A stretch of 64,000 nt of DNA. Origin: Gammaproteobacteria bacterium. Lineage in GTDB: Bacteria; Pseudomonadota; Gammaproteobacteria; JBCCGL01. Location of the stretch: contig OZ255836.1 in assembly GCA_965277715.1 (NCBI GenBank), forward strand, positions 2,464,001 to 2,528,000. The letters are read 5' to 3'. Below the pieces are notes generated by a model, which was not told where the DNA came from, made no database searches, and saw nothing but the letters and a program-made list of their open reading frames with translations. The translations under genes were made by a program, and so were the position numbers. Shown in pieces: positions 48,113 through 57,989 of the stretch (the stretch's first letter is position 1; each line of letters begins with the position of its first letter).

Positions 48113-49198
48113 ATGCGCACGCACACCTATCCCTTCAGTGCCATTGTTGGCCATCGGCGCCTCAAGCTGGCGCTGATGCTGTGCACCATCGACCCCAAGG
48201 TGGGCGGGGTGTTGCTCAGTGGTGCACGCGGCACGGCAAAATCGACCATCGCCCGCGCCCTGCTAGACCTGATGCCCAGCGTCGATGATACCCGCAATCA
48301 CTTCGTTACCCTGCCACTGGGCGCCAGCGAGGAACGCATTACCGGCACCCTCGACCTTGAAAAAGTGCTGGCCGATGGCGGCGTTGCGTTTGCACCGGGC
48401 CTGCTGCACAAGGCACACCAGGGCATTTTATACGTCGATGAAGTCAACCTGCTCGCCGACCACCTGGTCGACTTACTGCTCGACGTGGCGGCATCGGGGG
48501 TCAATACCGTTGAGCGCGACGGCATCTCACACCAACACCTGGCAGAATTTGTGCTGATCGGCACCATGAACCCGGAAGAGGGTGAGCTGCGCCCCCAACT
48601 GCTCGACCGCTATGGTTTGTGTGTCGATGTCAATGATGACTACAGCGTACCGGAACGCACTCAAATCGTCCGCGCCCGGTTGGCGTATGACGCGGCACCA
48701 ACCGCATTTATTGACAACTTCAGCGCACAACAAGCGCAACTGATCGCCCGTTGTGAGGCGGCGCGGGCGCGGCTGCCCAATGTGGTGCTAAACGATCAAC
48801 TGATCGATGAAATTGCCACACGTTGCCAGCGTGAAGGAGTAGAGGGCGTGCGCGCCGATATTGTCATCCACCGCGCCGCCTGTGCCCACGCCGCCCTGAA
48901 TGGGCGCAATGCAGTCAATTGTGACGACATTGATGCCGTAGCAGAATTTGCACTGCTGCACCGTCGTCGCCCACCGACAGAGCGGCAAACACCTCCCCCC
49001 CAACGCTCACAGCAAAAGAGCGAACAGGGAAATGATCCGCAGCAAAACCAAAGTAGTGCTGAACCCACTTCAGGCTCTGGTGATACAGAGAGCGACTGGG
49101 GTCCACTGCCAGCGATTCCCATGCCTACCGGCGAGCGTCGCCGTCTCGATATCCATAGCCGACAAACACCCACTCCGGGTAAAAAAAAACGGTACTGA
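48113..49198 (+). CDS. ChlI/BchI-like chelatase AAA+ ATPase (0-frame product of a frameshifted chlD-type gene)
   Basis: YPFSAIVG, GARGTAKS, LYVDEVN, MNPEEGELRPQLLDRYG; Pro/Gln-rich tail ends at A9 run. Confidence 0.9.
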   Translation: MRTHTYPFSAIVGHRRLKLALMLCTIDPKVGGVLLSGARGTAKSTIARALLDLMPSVDDTRNHFVTLPLGASEERITGTLDLEKVLADGGVAFAPGLLHKAHQGILYVDEVNLLADHLVDLLLDVAASGVNTVERDGISHQHLAEFVLIGTMNPEEGELRPQLLDRYGLCVDVNDDYSVPERTQIVRARLAYDAAPTAFIDNFSAQQAQLIARCEAARARLPNVVLNDQLIDEIATRCQREGVEGVRADIVIHRAACAHAALNGRNAVNCDDIDAVAEFALLHRRRPPTERQTPPPQRSQQKSEQGNDPQQNQSSAEPTSGSGDTESDWGPLPAIPMPTGERRRLDIHSRQTPTPGKKKRY

Positions 49199-49225
49199 AT
49201 AACACCGGCCCACGGCGCCGGGTGG
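49181..49225 (+). other. Putative programmed -1 frameshift/slippage site (A9) with downstream stem-loop
   Basis: GGT AAA AAA AAA CGG TAC TGA; -1 frame opens after TAA at 49180-49182; CACCGGC...GCCGGGTG hairpin. Confidence 0.75.
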
Positions 49226-49899
49226 CACATCGCCAGTACGTAACACAACCCAGGGGAAGCGGCAGGCCACGCAGTGTCGACGGTCTAGCCAATGGCACCG
49301 TCAATTGGTTTGCCACTCTGACCGACTCGCAAAACCTGCCCTATGGCGACAACGCTAAGCATACGCTGTCTCGTCTGCACTACCGTCTGCGGGAACAGGC
49401 AAACGCCTCGACCTGGCTAATCCTGCTGGACACCTCAGGCTCGCTGCTGGTGCGCAGCGCATTGGCCAGCGCCAAAGGTGTTATAGCGGGTTTGTGTTAT
49501 CAGGCCTACCAACAGCGACAAGCCCTTGAGCTGATCGGCTTTGGCGGTGACGGTATTGCCACCCTTCAGGCGGCGCGCAAACCACCGCGTGACAGCCTGC
49601 CACTGCTCGACAGCATCGGTGCGGGTGGCGGCACACCCTTGCGTGCCGCCTTGTTGCACCTTGCCACGCGCTGCCGACAACTGGCCCGGCAGCACCCAAC
49701 GCAAAACCGCCAGGTGTTTATCTTCACCGACGCACGCAGCCGCGACGTGCTGCACGGGATTGTGCTCAATGCTGAAATCAATATTATCGATACGGAGCAG
49801 GCGGTGGTGCCATTGGGTAGGGCGCGTGCGTTAGCAACGCTGTTGGGCGGTAGTTATCGGCATATTGATTGTTTAGAGACAGTGCCTGTCCCCCGCTAA
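49183..49899 (+). CDS. VWA domain completing a ChlD-like chelatase subunit (-1 frame)
   Basis: INW/VNW-type motif VNWFATL, MIDAS LLDTSGS, GGGTPL, FTDAR; no obvious RBS before GTG 49222. Confidence 0.8.
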   Translation, partial: KKTVLNNTGPRRRVAHRQYVTQPRGSGRPRSVDGLANGTVNWFATLTDSQNLPYGDNAKHTLSRLHYRLREQANASTWLILLDTSGSLLVRSALASAKGVIAGLCYQAYQQRQALELIGFGGDGIATLQAARKPPRDSLPLLDSIGAGGGTPLRAALLHLATRCRQLARQHPTQNRQVFIFTDARSRDVLHGIVLNAEINIIDTEQAVVPLGRARALATLLGGSYRHIDCLETVPVPR

Positions 49900-50238
49900 T
49901 CAATAAACTAGTATAGCAACCACTTCAATGGGAAGTAGACGGGCGTTAATTGCTGATAACATCAGACTGTGTCTCCAACTAAACTCGGTGAGTTAAGCCG
50001 AAAAAACGCAATCGGTCGCAAAAAAGCAGCGTAAAGCATTGGTGTGCATAGGAAAATTTAAAAGTGCGTGGTGACCTACAGAAAATAGGAAATACCGAAG
50101 GTGTAGGAGGGCTGTTTCGATCCTCTTATAGATGATGAGGGATTTTTAAATCTACCCAGGTGCACCAAGAGTTTGCGTAAGCTTTCGGCATATTTTATTT
50201 TTGTTAGGCAACTGTTTGCGTTTTATAGGTTAGAATAA

Positions 50239-50289
50239 AGAGTTATTCAGAAAGCTGGCGAGATTTTAGGCATCTCAAGGATTCGTTGA
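50239..50289 (+). pseudogene. Possible C-terminal remnant of the cognate restriction endonuclease
   Basis: Reads RVIQKAGEILGISRIR-stop, ending 3 nt before the methyltransferase start; resembles, from memory, tails of endonucleases paired with such methylases. Confidence 0.4.
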
Positions 50290-50292
50290 AAA

Positions 50293-51843
50293 GTGACTAA
50301 AAAATTAATTAATAAATGGCAATTCGGTGATTTTCAGACACCTATTGATCTTGCCAGAAAAGTTGTTGAGGTTTTAAAACGAAACCATAGCATTAACCCT
50401 GATATTGTTATTGAGCCTACTTGTGGAAAGGGTGCTTTTGTTCGTGCCTCATGTGAAGGGTTCGAGGGCTCCAATATTCTTGGATTTGAAGTAAACTCTG
50501 AATATGTTATTGAAGCCGGTTTATCCTTAAAGGATATTTCTACAACAAATCGCGTAATAGTAAGTGAGGCCAATTTTTTTAATACTAATTGGGCTAAAAT
50601 TCTATCTGATTTGCAAGGAAATATCCTTGTCATTGGTAATCCGCCTTGGGTAACAAGTAGCGAATTGGGTCTTATCAATAGTAAAAATATTCCCAAAAAA
50701 TCTAACTTCCAAAATAGAAAAGGCATTGAGGCCATTACAGGATCTAGTAATTTTGATATTTCTGAATGGATGCTGTTGCAGCATATTGAGTGGTTATCAA
50801 AACGTGAGGGCACAATAGCACTCCTATGTAAGTATGCGGTTGCGCGTAAAGTTATGAGGCAAGCTAGACAGAGCGCAGAGAACCGTTTCTTTGGGCATAT
50901 CTACCCAATTGATGCAAAACTATATTTTGATGCTGCGGTAGAGGCGTGCCTTTTTGTTTTAACAACAGATACTGGAAGTACTGATTGTGAAGTTTATGAG
51001 TCATTGGACTCATTTGAGTCTTCCCATATTATTGGTGAGAGGGACGGACATATTGTAAGCAATGTTAATAATTATGAAAAATGGAGGAAACTGAAAGGGC
51101 AAGACCCACGATTTATCTGGCGTTCTGGAATAAAACATGACTGCTCAAAGGTTATGGAATTGGAGCCATTCAATAGCGATTATAAAAATGGACTTGGTGA
51201 AACAATAAGGTGCGAAGATAAATACATTTACCCTCTATTGAAAAGTTCTGATATTGGTAATGGAAGAACAAAAACATACAGAAAGGTTGTCATAATAACC
51301 CAAAAATATGTTGGTGAAGATACTTTTTTAATAAAAAAAAATGCACCAAATACTTGGAAATACCTGGTTGACCATAGAGAGTATCTAGATAAAAGAAGAA
51401 GTTCCATTTACAAAAATAAACCAGATTTTTCTATATTTGGTGTTGGTGATTACTCTTTTAAAGAATGGAAAATTGCAATATCGGGCCTATATAAAAAACT
51501 GAAGTTTAGTCTTGTTGGGCCATTAAATGGAAAAACTGTTGCATTCGACGATACTGTAAATTTTTTGTCATTTGATACCGAAGAAGAAGCTAAATTCATA
51601 TACCATTTGGTCACATCAGTTCCAGCTCTTGAGTTTCTCGAATCAATGACATTTTGGGATGAGAAGCGCTCCATTACGACACAAATTCTTAGAAGACTAT
51701 CTATAAAAGAAATAGCGATAGAGCTTGGTGTGTTTGACCAATACCAATCTTGGTCTGAAGATCAATATCCCGCCCATACAGGTCAGATGGAACTTGGTAT
51801 TGCCCAGGAAAAACCCAGTTACAGTAAAGTTGCCAGCAACTAA
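50293..51843 (+). CDS. Gamma-class N6-adenine DNA methyltransferase (type II R-M like), apparently orphan
   Basis: GDFQTP, motif I EPTCGKG, motif IV GNPPW, C-terminal target-recognition region; AT-rich. Confidence 0.88.
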   Translation: MTKKLINKWQFGDFQTPIDLARKVVEVLKRNHSINPDIVIEPTCGKGAFVRASCEGFEGSNILGFEVNSEYVIEAGLSLKDISTTNRVIVSEANFFNTNWAKILSDLQGNILVIGNPPWVTSSELGLINSKNIPKKSNFQNRKGIEAITGSSNFDISEWMLLQHIEWLSKREGTIALLCKYAVARKVMRQARQSAENRFFGHIYPIDAKLYFDAAVEACLFVLTTDTGSTDCEVYESLDSFESSHIIGERDGHIVSNVNNYEKWRKLKGQDPRFIWRSGIKHDCSKVMELEPFNSDYKNGLGETIRCEDKYIYPLLKSSDIGNGRTKTYRKVVIITQKYVGEDTFLIKKNAPNTWKYLVDHREYLDKRRSSIYKNKPDFSIFGVGDYSFKEWKIAISGLYKKLKFSLVGPLNGKTVAFDDTVNFLSFDTEEEAKFIYHLVTSVPALEFLESMTFWDEKRSITTQILRRLSIKEIAIELGVFDQYQSWSEDQYPAHTGQMELGIAQEKPSYSKVASN

Positions 51844-51873
51844 CAAGGTGCTGCGATAAAGAAAATTCAATTT

Positions 51874-52473
51874 TTGAAATTGAAAACAGCATTTTTAACA
51901 CTGTTAATGTTGATGCTGTTTTCTTACGGTGGCAAGCAATTTGCCACAACATACGACAATACTACTGAGTGTAGGGTTGGTTACCCTGAACAAACCACAT
52001 CTCAATATATTTTACCTTATATGCCTAATTCAAAGTTTCTTGTTGGGCAGGGAAACTGTACAGACGGCTCTCATGGAGCCAATACAGACCAGGCGTATGC
52101 CTATGATTTTGATATGCCTATAGGTACGCATGTTATTGCCTCTAGAGCTGGAATAGTTACAGTAGTAGTTGATAACTATGCTGAGAACAATAATATCCCC
52201 GGCCAAGAGAACTATCTTGTTATTCAACATAATGATGGCTCAATTGCTGGTTATTACCACCTTACAAAAGGTGGTGTAGGTGTGGAGGTAGGTGACATAG
52301 TGTCTCAGGGACAAATTGTTGGTCAAAGTGGTAATACGGGTGATAGCTCAGAACCGCACTTACATTTTGAAATTGCACGCTGTGAAGAATGTGAAACCCT
52401 TCCTGTAAGCTTCAAAAATACACGAGAACACAAAGATGGCCTTATAGAAGGTGAGGCATACCAGGCAGAGTAA
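51874..52473 (+). CDS. Secreted M23-family metallopeptidase
   Basis: Signal peptide; H...AYDFDMPIGT, YYHL, GNTGDSSEPHLHFE. Confidence 0.88.
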   Translation: MKLKTAFLTLLMLMLFSYGGKQFATTYDNTTECRVGYPEQTTSQYILPYMPNSKFLVGQGNCTDGSHGANTDQAYAYDFDMPIGTHVIASRAGIVTVVVDNYAENNNIPGQENYLVIQHNDGSIAGYYHLTKGGVGVEVGDIVSQGQIVGQSGNTGDSSEPHLHFEIARCEECETLPVSFKNTREHKDGLIEGEAYQAE

Positions 52474-52689
52474 CGTTTAAGTACAATCAGTTAGCTGAAA
52501 GCTATCCGCCTAGAGATGGGGTTAAGCTTTAAAGCCAAACGAATTAGCAAGTGAAGGAAAATACCCGCCAGCGAATCAGCGCCGCAACCTTGAACAAAAG
52601 CGCCTGAAAACACCACACCTGTTGATCCTGGGTGAACGCCCTGCCTACTATACAGTGACTCCCTGACACTCCACTACCACGGATAAACG

Positions 52690-54240
52690 ATGACACAAAC
52701 CACCAAACGCCGTGGCGCAGCAAGACAGGCACGCCACGCCAAACACCGCGATACCCGACCGCCCAGTGCCATTTCGGCGGGGATGCCAGGCGGGGTGTTG
52801 CAGCCACTGACACAAGCTGAAATCGAGCGCATTCACCAGGCCAGCCTCGATGTGCTGGAAACGGTTGGCATGGGCGAGTGCGTGCCAGAGATGGTTGCGC
52901 TGGCCCAGGCGCGAGGGTGTTGGCTCAACCGCGAGGGCCGTTTGTGTTTTCCGCGTGGTTTTGTCGAGGAGATTATCGATGGCGCGGCAAAAGACATTAC
53001 CCTGCACGCACGCGGTGACGCCAATGACCTGAACCTGTCCTCGACGCGGGTGCACTACGGCACGGGCGGCGCGGCAGTCAAAATCCTCGATTTATACCAA
53101 CAACATTACCGCCCGGCACAGCTTGAAGACCTATACGACTTTGCGCGCCTGGCCGATGCGCTGGACAATATCCACTGGTTTACCCGCTGCGTAATCGCCA
53201 CCGAATACGAGGATATGCTGGCGCTCGATTTGAATACGGCCTACGCCATCGCGGCGGGTACGCACAAACACATCGGCACGGCCATTTCACTGGCTGAAAA
53301 CGTCGCCCCGGTGGTCGAGTTGTTCGATATGGTGGCCGGTGGTCCCGGTAAATTCCGCGAGCGCCCGTTTTGCAAAGTGCACAGCAGCCCGGTGGTCTCA
53401 CCGCTACGCTTTGGTGCAGACGGCGCCGAGGTATGCATCGCCGCGACCCGCGCCGGTATTCCTATCAATGGTATTACCGCGCCGCAGGCGGGCGCCACAG
53501 CCCCGGCGGCGATGGCGGGTACATTGGTACAAGCCAATGCCGAGTCACTGGCGATGCTGATTTTGGTGAATCTGGTGGTGCCGGGCCACCCGACGATTTT
53601 TAGTAGCTGGCCGTTTGTCTCTGACTTGCGCACCGGGGCATTTAGCGGCGGCGGTGGGGAGGAGGCGATTTTGAGCGCGGCGGCGGCGCAAGTCTCTAAC
53701 TTTTACGGTTTGCCTAGCGGGGTGGCAGCGGGCATGAGTGACTCAAAAATTCCCGATGTGCAGGCCGGGTTTGAAAAAGGCATTAGCACGGTTTTGGCGG
53801 GCTTGTCCGGTGCCAATATGGTCTACGAATCGGCGGGGATGCTGGGGAGCCTGCTCGGCGCCTCTTTCGAGAGCTTTGTGATTGACGATGAATCCCTGGG
53901 TATTGCGCTGCGCGCTGTGCGCGGTATCGAAGTCAACGATGAAACCCTGTCGCTCGATGTGATTAAACAGGCGGTCTACGGCCCCGGCCACTATCTGGGG
54001 GCGGAGCAGACCATTCAACTGATGACCAGTGAATACCTCTACCCCAAACTGAGTGACCGCTCAACCCCGGATGACTGGCAAGACAACGGCCAACCACAGA
54101 TGCGTGAGCGGGCCAATGCCCGCGCCAGGGAAATACTCGCCAGTCACTACCCGGAGACAATCAGCGCAGCAACCGACCAAAAAATCCGTGCACGGTTTTC
54201 CATCGACTTACCCCGTAGTAGAACACGTGCAAAGGCGTGA
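52690..54240 (+). CDS. Trimethylamine methyltransferase (MttB) superfamily protein, non-pyrrolysine
   Basis: IHQASLDVLETVG, VSPLRF, GATAPAAMAG, DLRTGAF, SDSKIPDVQAGFEK, GPGHYLG; no in-frame TAG. Confidence 0.9.
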   Translation: MTQTTKRRGAARQARHAKHRDTRPPSAISAGMPGGVLQPLTQAEIERIHQASLDVLETVGMGECVPEMVALAQARGCWLNREGRLCFPRGFVEEIIDGAAKDITLHARGDANDLNLSSTRVHYGTGGAAVKILDLYQQHYRPAQLEDLYDFARLADALDNIHWFTRCVIATEYEDMLALDLNTAYAIAAGTHKHIGTAISLAENVAPVVELFDMVAGGPGKFRERPFCKVHSSPVVSPLRFGADGAEVCIAATRAGIPINGITAPQAGATAPAAMAGTLVQANAESLAMLILVNLVVPGHPTIFSSWPFVSDLRTGAFSGGGGEEAILSAAAAQVSNFYGLPSGVAAGMSDSKIPDVQAGFEKGISTVLAGLSGANMVYESAGMLGSLLGASFESFVIDDESLGIALRAVRGIEVNDETLSLDVIKQAVYGPGHYLGAEQTIQLMTSEYLYPKLSDRSTPDDWQDNGQPQMRERANARAREILASHYPETISAATDQKIRARFSIDLPRSRTRAKA

Positions 54241-54357
54241 CAAAACACAACGCACTAATTGTGGTTTTCCCCCACCGCCATAAGTACTATCACCGTACTA
54301 CCAGCCGTACCACCAAAAGCAATCGATTTAAGACACCTTCTCAAACAGGCCCGTGTT

Positions 54358-55689
54358 ATGAGTACTCACCCACATTCGGTTTCCAACCCTAAAATCAACC
54401 CCACCAAAGGGGTCAAACCCGATGGTTCGCCAAACGACAATGACCGGGTAGAAACCGGCCCCACCGATCTGGCTTTTGACGAATGGGCCAAGCTTGGCCT
54501 GACTGCACCAAACCTGGAGCGTATGCGCAGCACCCGCCTCAAACGCCTGTGCGCCGAACTGCAAAAGCGCGACTACGCCGGTGCGCTGTTGTTTGATCCG
54601 CTGAACATCCGCTATGCCACGGACAGCTCCAATATGCAACTCTGGACGACGCACAACCCATCCCGTGCGGCGTTTATTTCAGCCGCTGGCCATGTCGTGT
54701 TATGGGATTTTCACGGCTGTGAACACCTGAGCAATTACCTGCCGCTGATCAACGAAGTGCGCCACGGCGCCGCAGGCTTTTTCTATTTTGCCGTGGGTGA
54801 TCAGGAGGCGCAGAAAGCCGCCGAGTTTGCCAAGCAAGTCGATGATTTGATGGCGCAGCACGGCGGGCGCAACCGCCGCCTGGCGGTAGATAAAATCGAG
54901 GTGGCCGGCGTGCACGCCCTGGAGCGGCTCGGCATTGAAATTGGCAGTGGCCAGGAAGTGTGTGAACATGCGCGTTTAATCAAGGGTGTCGATGAAATCA
55001 ACGCCATGAAGTGCGCCGTTGCCACCTGTGAAATTGCCATGCAGGCGATGGAGGACACACTGCAACCGGGCATGAGTGAAAATGAACTGTGGGCTGTATT
55101 GCACGCCGAGAACATCAAACGCGGTGGCGAGTGGATTGAAACGCGCATACTAAACTCTGGCCCGCGCAGTAACCCGTGGATGCAGGAGTGTGGCCCACGC
55201 AAGATCCAGGCAGGCGATATCCTGGCCTACGACACCGACCTGATTGGCCCCTATGGCATGTGCTCAGACTTATCGCGCACCTGGGTATGCGGTGACGGCA
55301 AAGCCAGCGATGAGCAGCGCAAGCTGTACCAGGTGGCCTATGAGCACATTCAAACCAACCGCGAACTGTTGAAGCCCGGCAACAGCTTTGATGACCTGAC
55401 ATTTAAAGGCCACCAACTGCCAGAGGAGTACCTTGAATTACGCTACGGTGTGCGTTTTCACGGCGTGGGCTTGTGTGATGAGTTTCCGGCTATCTTCTAC
55501 CCGCAGGACTATATCGACGGCGCCTTCGACTACGCGCTGGAACCCGGCATGATGCTGTGCGTGGAGGCTTATATTGGTGCGGTGGGGGGCCGCGAGGGCA
55601 TCAAGCTCGAAGACCAGGTACTGATTACCGAAACGGGGTATGAAAACCTGTCTCACTACCGATTTGATGAACGTTTGTTGGCATGTTGA
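54358..55689 (+). CDS. dddP: DMSP lyase DddP (M24 peptidase fold)
   Basis: Diagnostic N-terminus PNDNDRVETGPTDLAFDEW; LFDPLNIRYATDSSNMQLW, GGEWIETR, DTDLIG, HGVGLCDE, KLEDQVLIT. Confidence 0.88.
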   Translation: MSTHPHSVSNPKINPTKGVKPDGSPNDNDRVETGPTDLAFDEWAKLGLTAPNLERMRSTRLKRLCAELQKRDYAGALLFDPLNIRYATDSSNMQLWTTHNPSRAAFISAAGHVVLWDFHGCEHLSNYLPLINEVRHGAAGFFYFAVGDQEAQKAAEFAKQVDDLMAQHGGRNRRLAVDKIEVAGVHALERLGIEIGSGQEVCEHARLIKGVDEINAMKCAVATCEIAMQAMEDTLQPGMSENELWAVLHAENIKRGGEWIETRILNSGPRSNPWMQECGPRKIQAGDILAYDTDLIGPYGMCSDLSRTWVCGDGKASDEQRKLYQVAYEHIQTNRELLKPGNSFDDLTFKGHQLPEEYLELRYGVRFHGVGLCDEFPAIFYPQDYIDGAFDYALEPGMMLCVEAYIGAVGGREGIKLEDQVLITETGYENLSHYRFDERLLAC

Positions 55690-55707
55690 GCACTGCGTGT
55701 TACCTAC

Positions 55708-57036
55708 TCAGGTTGATGTATAGGTATTCCACAACACCGGCCAATGCCTGATAAGGTAAAAAGGCAGAGATAATACCGGGGACTCAGCGGATAACGGCGA
55801 AGAGGCTATTTTTATCCCCCAGACCTGCCGCTTCTCTGCCAAAAACAAATGCAGGCTTTTTAAACGGCCTGTCTTGCCCGCCTTTACTTCGATGGGCACC
55901 ACCGCCGCCTCGTGTTGACAGACATAATCCAGCTCTGCATTGCTGTTTTTTGCTTCCCGCGCCCAGTAGTAGAGCGCAGGCTTTGTGTAAAAATCCTGAT
56001 GGGCGATTAATTCCTGCCCCACCAGTTGCTCCATTAGCGCCCCCTGATAAATACGCATCAGGTCTTTTTGCTGGATAATTTCTGATGCCAGACCACATAA
56101 ATTCTGCATCAAGCCAACATCCAGAAACAGTACCTTGAAATAGCGCTCGTTCGCATTGGCAGCCAACGGCAGGCCATCCGCCGATGTGCGAACGACCTTG
56201 TGATAAACCCCCGCCATGACCAACCATTCCAGTGCTTGTTTAATATCTCTTGAAAGTGTGTCTGGGTCTATCTTGCTGTATTTGAATTTACTGCCTATCT
56301 GTTTAACCGCTGACTGAAATACTTTACCTATATGCGCCTGCTGGGTGTAGCGAGCGTATTTATTGAAGTCATCCTGGTAGGTTTGCAGCAAGGCGGTTTG
56401 GATGCGCCGACAGCGCTCATAGTTGCCGGAGTCGCGGTATTCCCGCACCACTTCCGGCATACCACCTATCAGCAGATATTGCTTTACCCAGCCCAGCATT
56501 TTTTGGTGTATTTCAGGATTGGAAAACAGTGCGGGGTCAGTGGCGAACGCATCAATACTGGCCTCCTGACCCATAGCCAACATAAATTCTTCAAAGCTCA
56601 TGGGCTTCATATAAAGGTATTGGATACGCCCCACCGGCATGGAGATACCGGCGGCATTTAGCGTTAATTCCAATAAAGAGCCCGCCCCGATCACATGTAA
56701 ACCGGGCATTTCCTCATGGAAGTAACGCAGCGCCGCTATCGCCTGGGGGCATAGTTGGATTTCATCGATAAATAACAGGGTTTTTCCCGGTACAATCGAT
56801 TGACCGGTCAGTATTTGTATTTTATTGATGATGTCTATTGGGTTCAGCGTACTAAAAGCGCTGGACAACGCGGTATCCACTTCCAGATTAATCGCCACGA
56901 CATTGCTGAACTTTTCCCGGCCAAATTGAGTGATTGTGTAAGTTTTGCCAATCTGGCGTGCGCCCCTGATTAATAGCGGTTTGTGGTGCGTCTGTGTACA
57001 CCACTCACTCAAACCCGATTCAATCGTGCGCTTCAC
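55708..57036 (-). CDS. AAA_14 ATPase with DUF4143 and C-terminal PD-(D/E)XK-like motif
   Basis: GARQIGKT, FIDEIQ, GGMPE, DVGL, ELDYV...PIEVKAG. Confidence 0.88.
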   Translation of the reverse strand: MKRTIESGLSEWCTQTHHKPLLIRGARQIGKTYTITQFGREKFSNVVAINLEVDTALSSAFSTLNPIDIINKIQILTGQSIVPGKTLLFIDEIQLCPQAIAALRYFHEEMPGLHVIGAGSLLELTLNAAGISMPVGRIQYLYMKPMSFEEFMLAMGQEASIDAFATDPALFSNPEIHQKMLGWVKQYLLIGGMPEVVREYRDSGNYERCRRIQTALLQTYQDDFNKYARYTQQAHIGKVFQSAVKQIGSKFKYSKIDPDTLSRDIKQALEWLVMAGVYHKVVRTSADGLPLAANANERYFKVLFLDVGLMQNLCGLASEIIQQKDLMRIYQGALMEQLVGQELIAHQDFYTKPALYYWAREAKNSNAELDYVCQHEAAVVPIEVKAGKTGRLKSLHLFLAEKRQVWGIKIASSPLSAESPVLSLPFYLIRHWPVLWNTYTST

Positions 57037-57063
57037 AGTAGTTAGCCAGTGTCAGAATTGTTA

Positions 57064-57108
57064 AAAATACAAGGTAATATTGGACATATTTTGTCCAAAA
57101 TACAAGGT
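57064..57108. promoter_or_regulatory. Operator-like repeat array upstream of the AAA/DUF4143 gene
   Basis: AAAATACAAGGT at 57064 and 57097 flanking palindrome TTGGACA-N5-TGTCCAA (57080-57098). Confidence 0.55.
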
Positions 57109-57132
57109 TATTTTAAACAACTCAACAACTCA

Positions 57133-57633
57133 TCAACCACAACACTTCTTATATTTCTTGCCACTCCCACACGGGCAGGGGTCATTTCTACCCACTTTAG
57201 GTGCGTCTCTGCGTACCTGGGTAATCTCTGGCACTTGTGCATCACGAAACCGCCATTCGCCATTGACCTTGTTAAATAAGCTCACCTCGTGGTGCCGGTG
57301 CCGCTCACCACTGCGGTCACGGTAGTTGGCGATAAATTCCACCTCACCGGCTTTATCTTCTGCACCGCCCTGCTTCGTGCGCAGTATTTCCAAACTTAGC
57401 CATTCAGACTCCTCTGCCCAGCGGCGTGTGCCCTCCCGGTTAATGTCGTCCGCCGAATCCGGGTAGTGTGTATTGACGATAAAATCGATGTCTGCAAGGG
57501 TGTGGGCGGTGTAGCGTGCGCGCATCATCTGCTCAGCCGTTTCGGGCATTTGCTCGCCACTGATATACGGTTCGCAACACGCCGAATAAGGATTTCCTGA
57601 TGTGCAAGGGCAGTGATTGGCAGGCTGACTCAT
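57133..57633 (-). CDS. ychJ: YchJ-family protein with N- and C-terminal SEC-C motifs
   Basis: [51 protein letters not shown]. Confidence 0.9.
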   Translation of the reverse strand: MSQPANHCPCTSGNPYSACCEPYISGEQMPETAEQMMRARYTAHTLADIDFIVNTHYPDSADDINREGTRRWAEESEWLSLEILRTKQGGAEDKAGEVEFIANYRDRSGERHRHHEVSLFNKVNGEWRFRDAQVPEITQVRRDAPKVGRNDPCPCGSGKKYKKCCG

Positions 57634-57989
57634 AAATGGGTTTCCGGTGGAGAGAGTGGGTTGGTTTTCAGGGTTTGATCAATATGCTGGCGAATCGCCG
57701 CTTCCTTTTGCGTGAGTATATGGCTGTTTAACCGCTGGATTAAATCGGTATAGCCCGCTTTTTGATTGAAGTGCTGCCAGGTCAGATTAAAGGCGATTTT
57801 ACGCAGACTGCGAAACAATAAATAGCCCATACTGGCCAGCACTACCGCGCCCAGTGTCTGCCCAAGCGTCCATACGTACCAGGCAACGCCGTAGCTGGCA
57901 AACGCGGCAATGACGATAACCACACAAATGCGTCGGCTAAAACGGATGATGTCGCCCAAATAATCGTGGCCAACCTCAGCGCCCGTCAA
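57630..57989 (-). CDS. Hypothetical membrane protein
   Basis: Two TM segments; 4-nt overlaps with both neighbours. Confidence 0.6.
   Translation of the reverse strand: MTGAEVGHDYLGDIIRFSRRICVVIVIAAFASYGVAWYVWTLGQTLGAVVLASMGYLLFRSLRKIAFNLTWQHFNQKAGYTDLIQRLNSHILTQKEAAIRQHIDQTLKTNPLSPPETHL

Noticed and set aside
52690-54240. Pyrrolysine recoding in mttB
   Set aside because: No in-frame TAG; the ORF is continuous.
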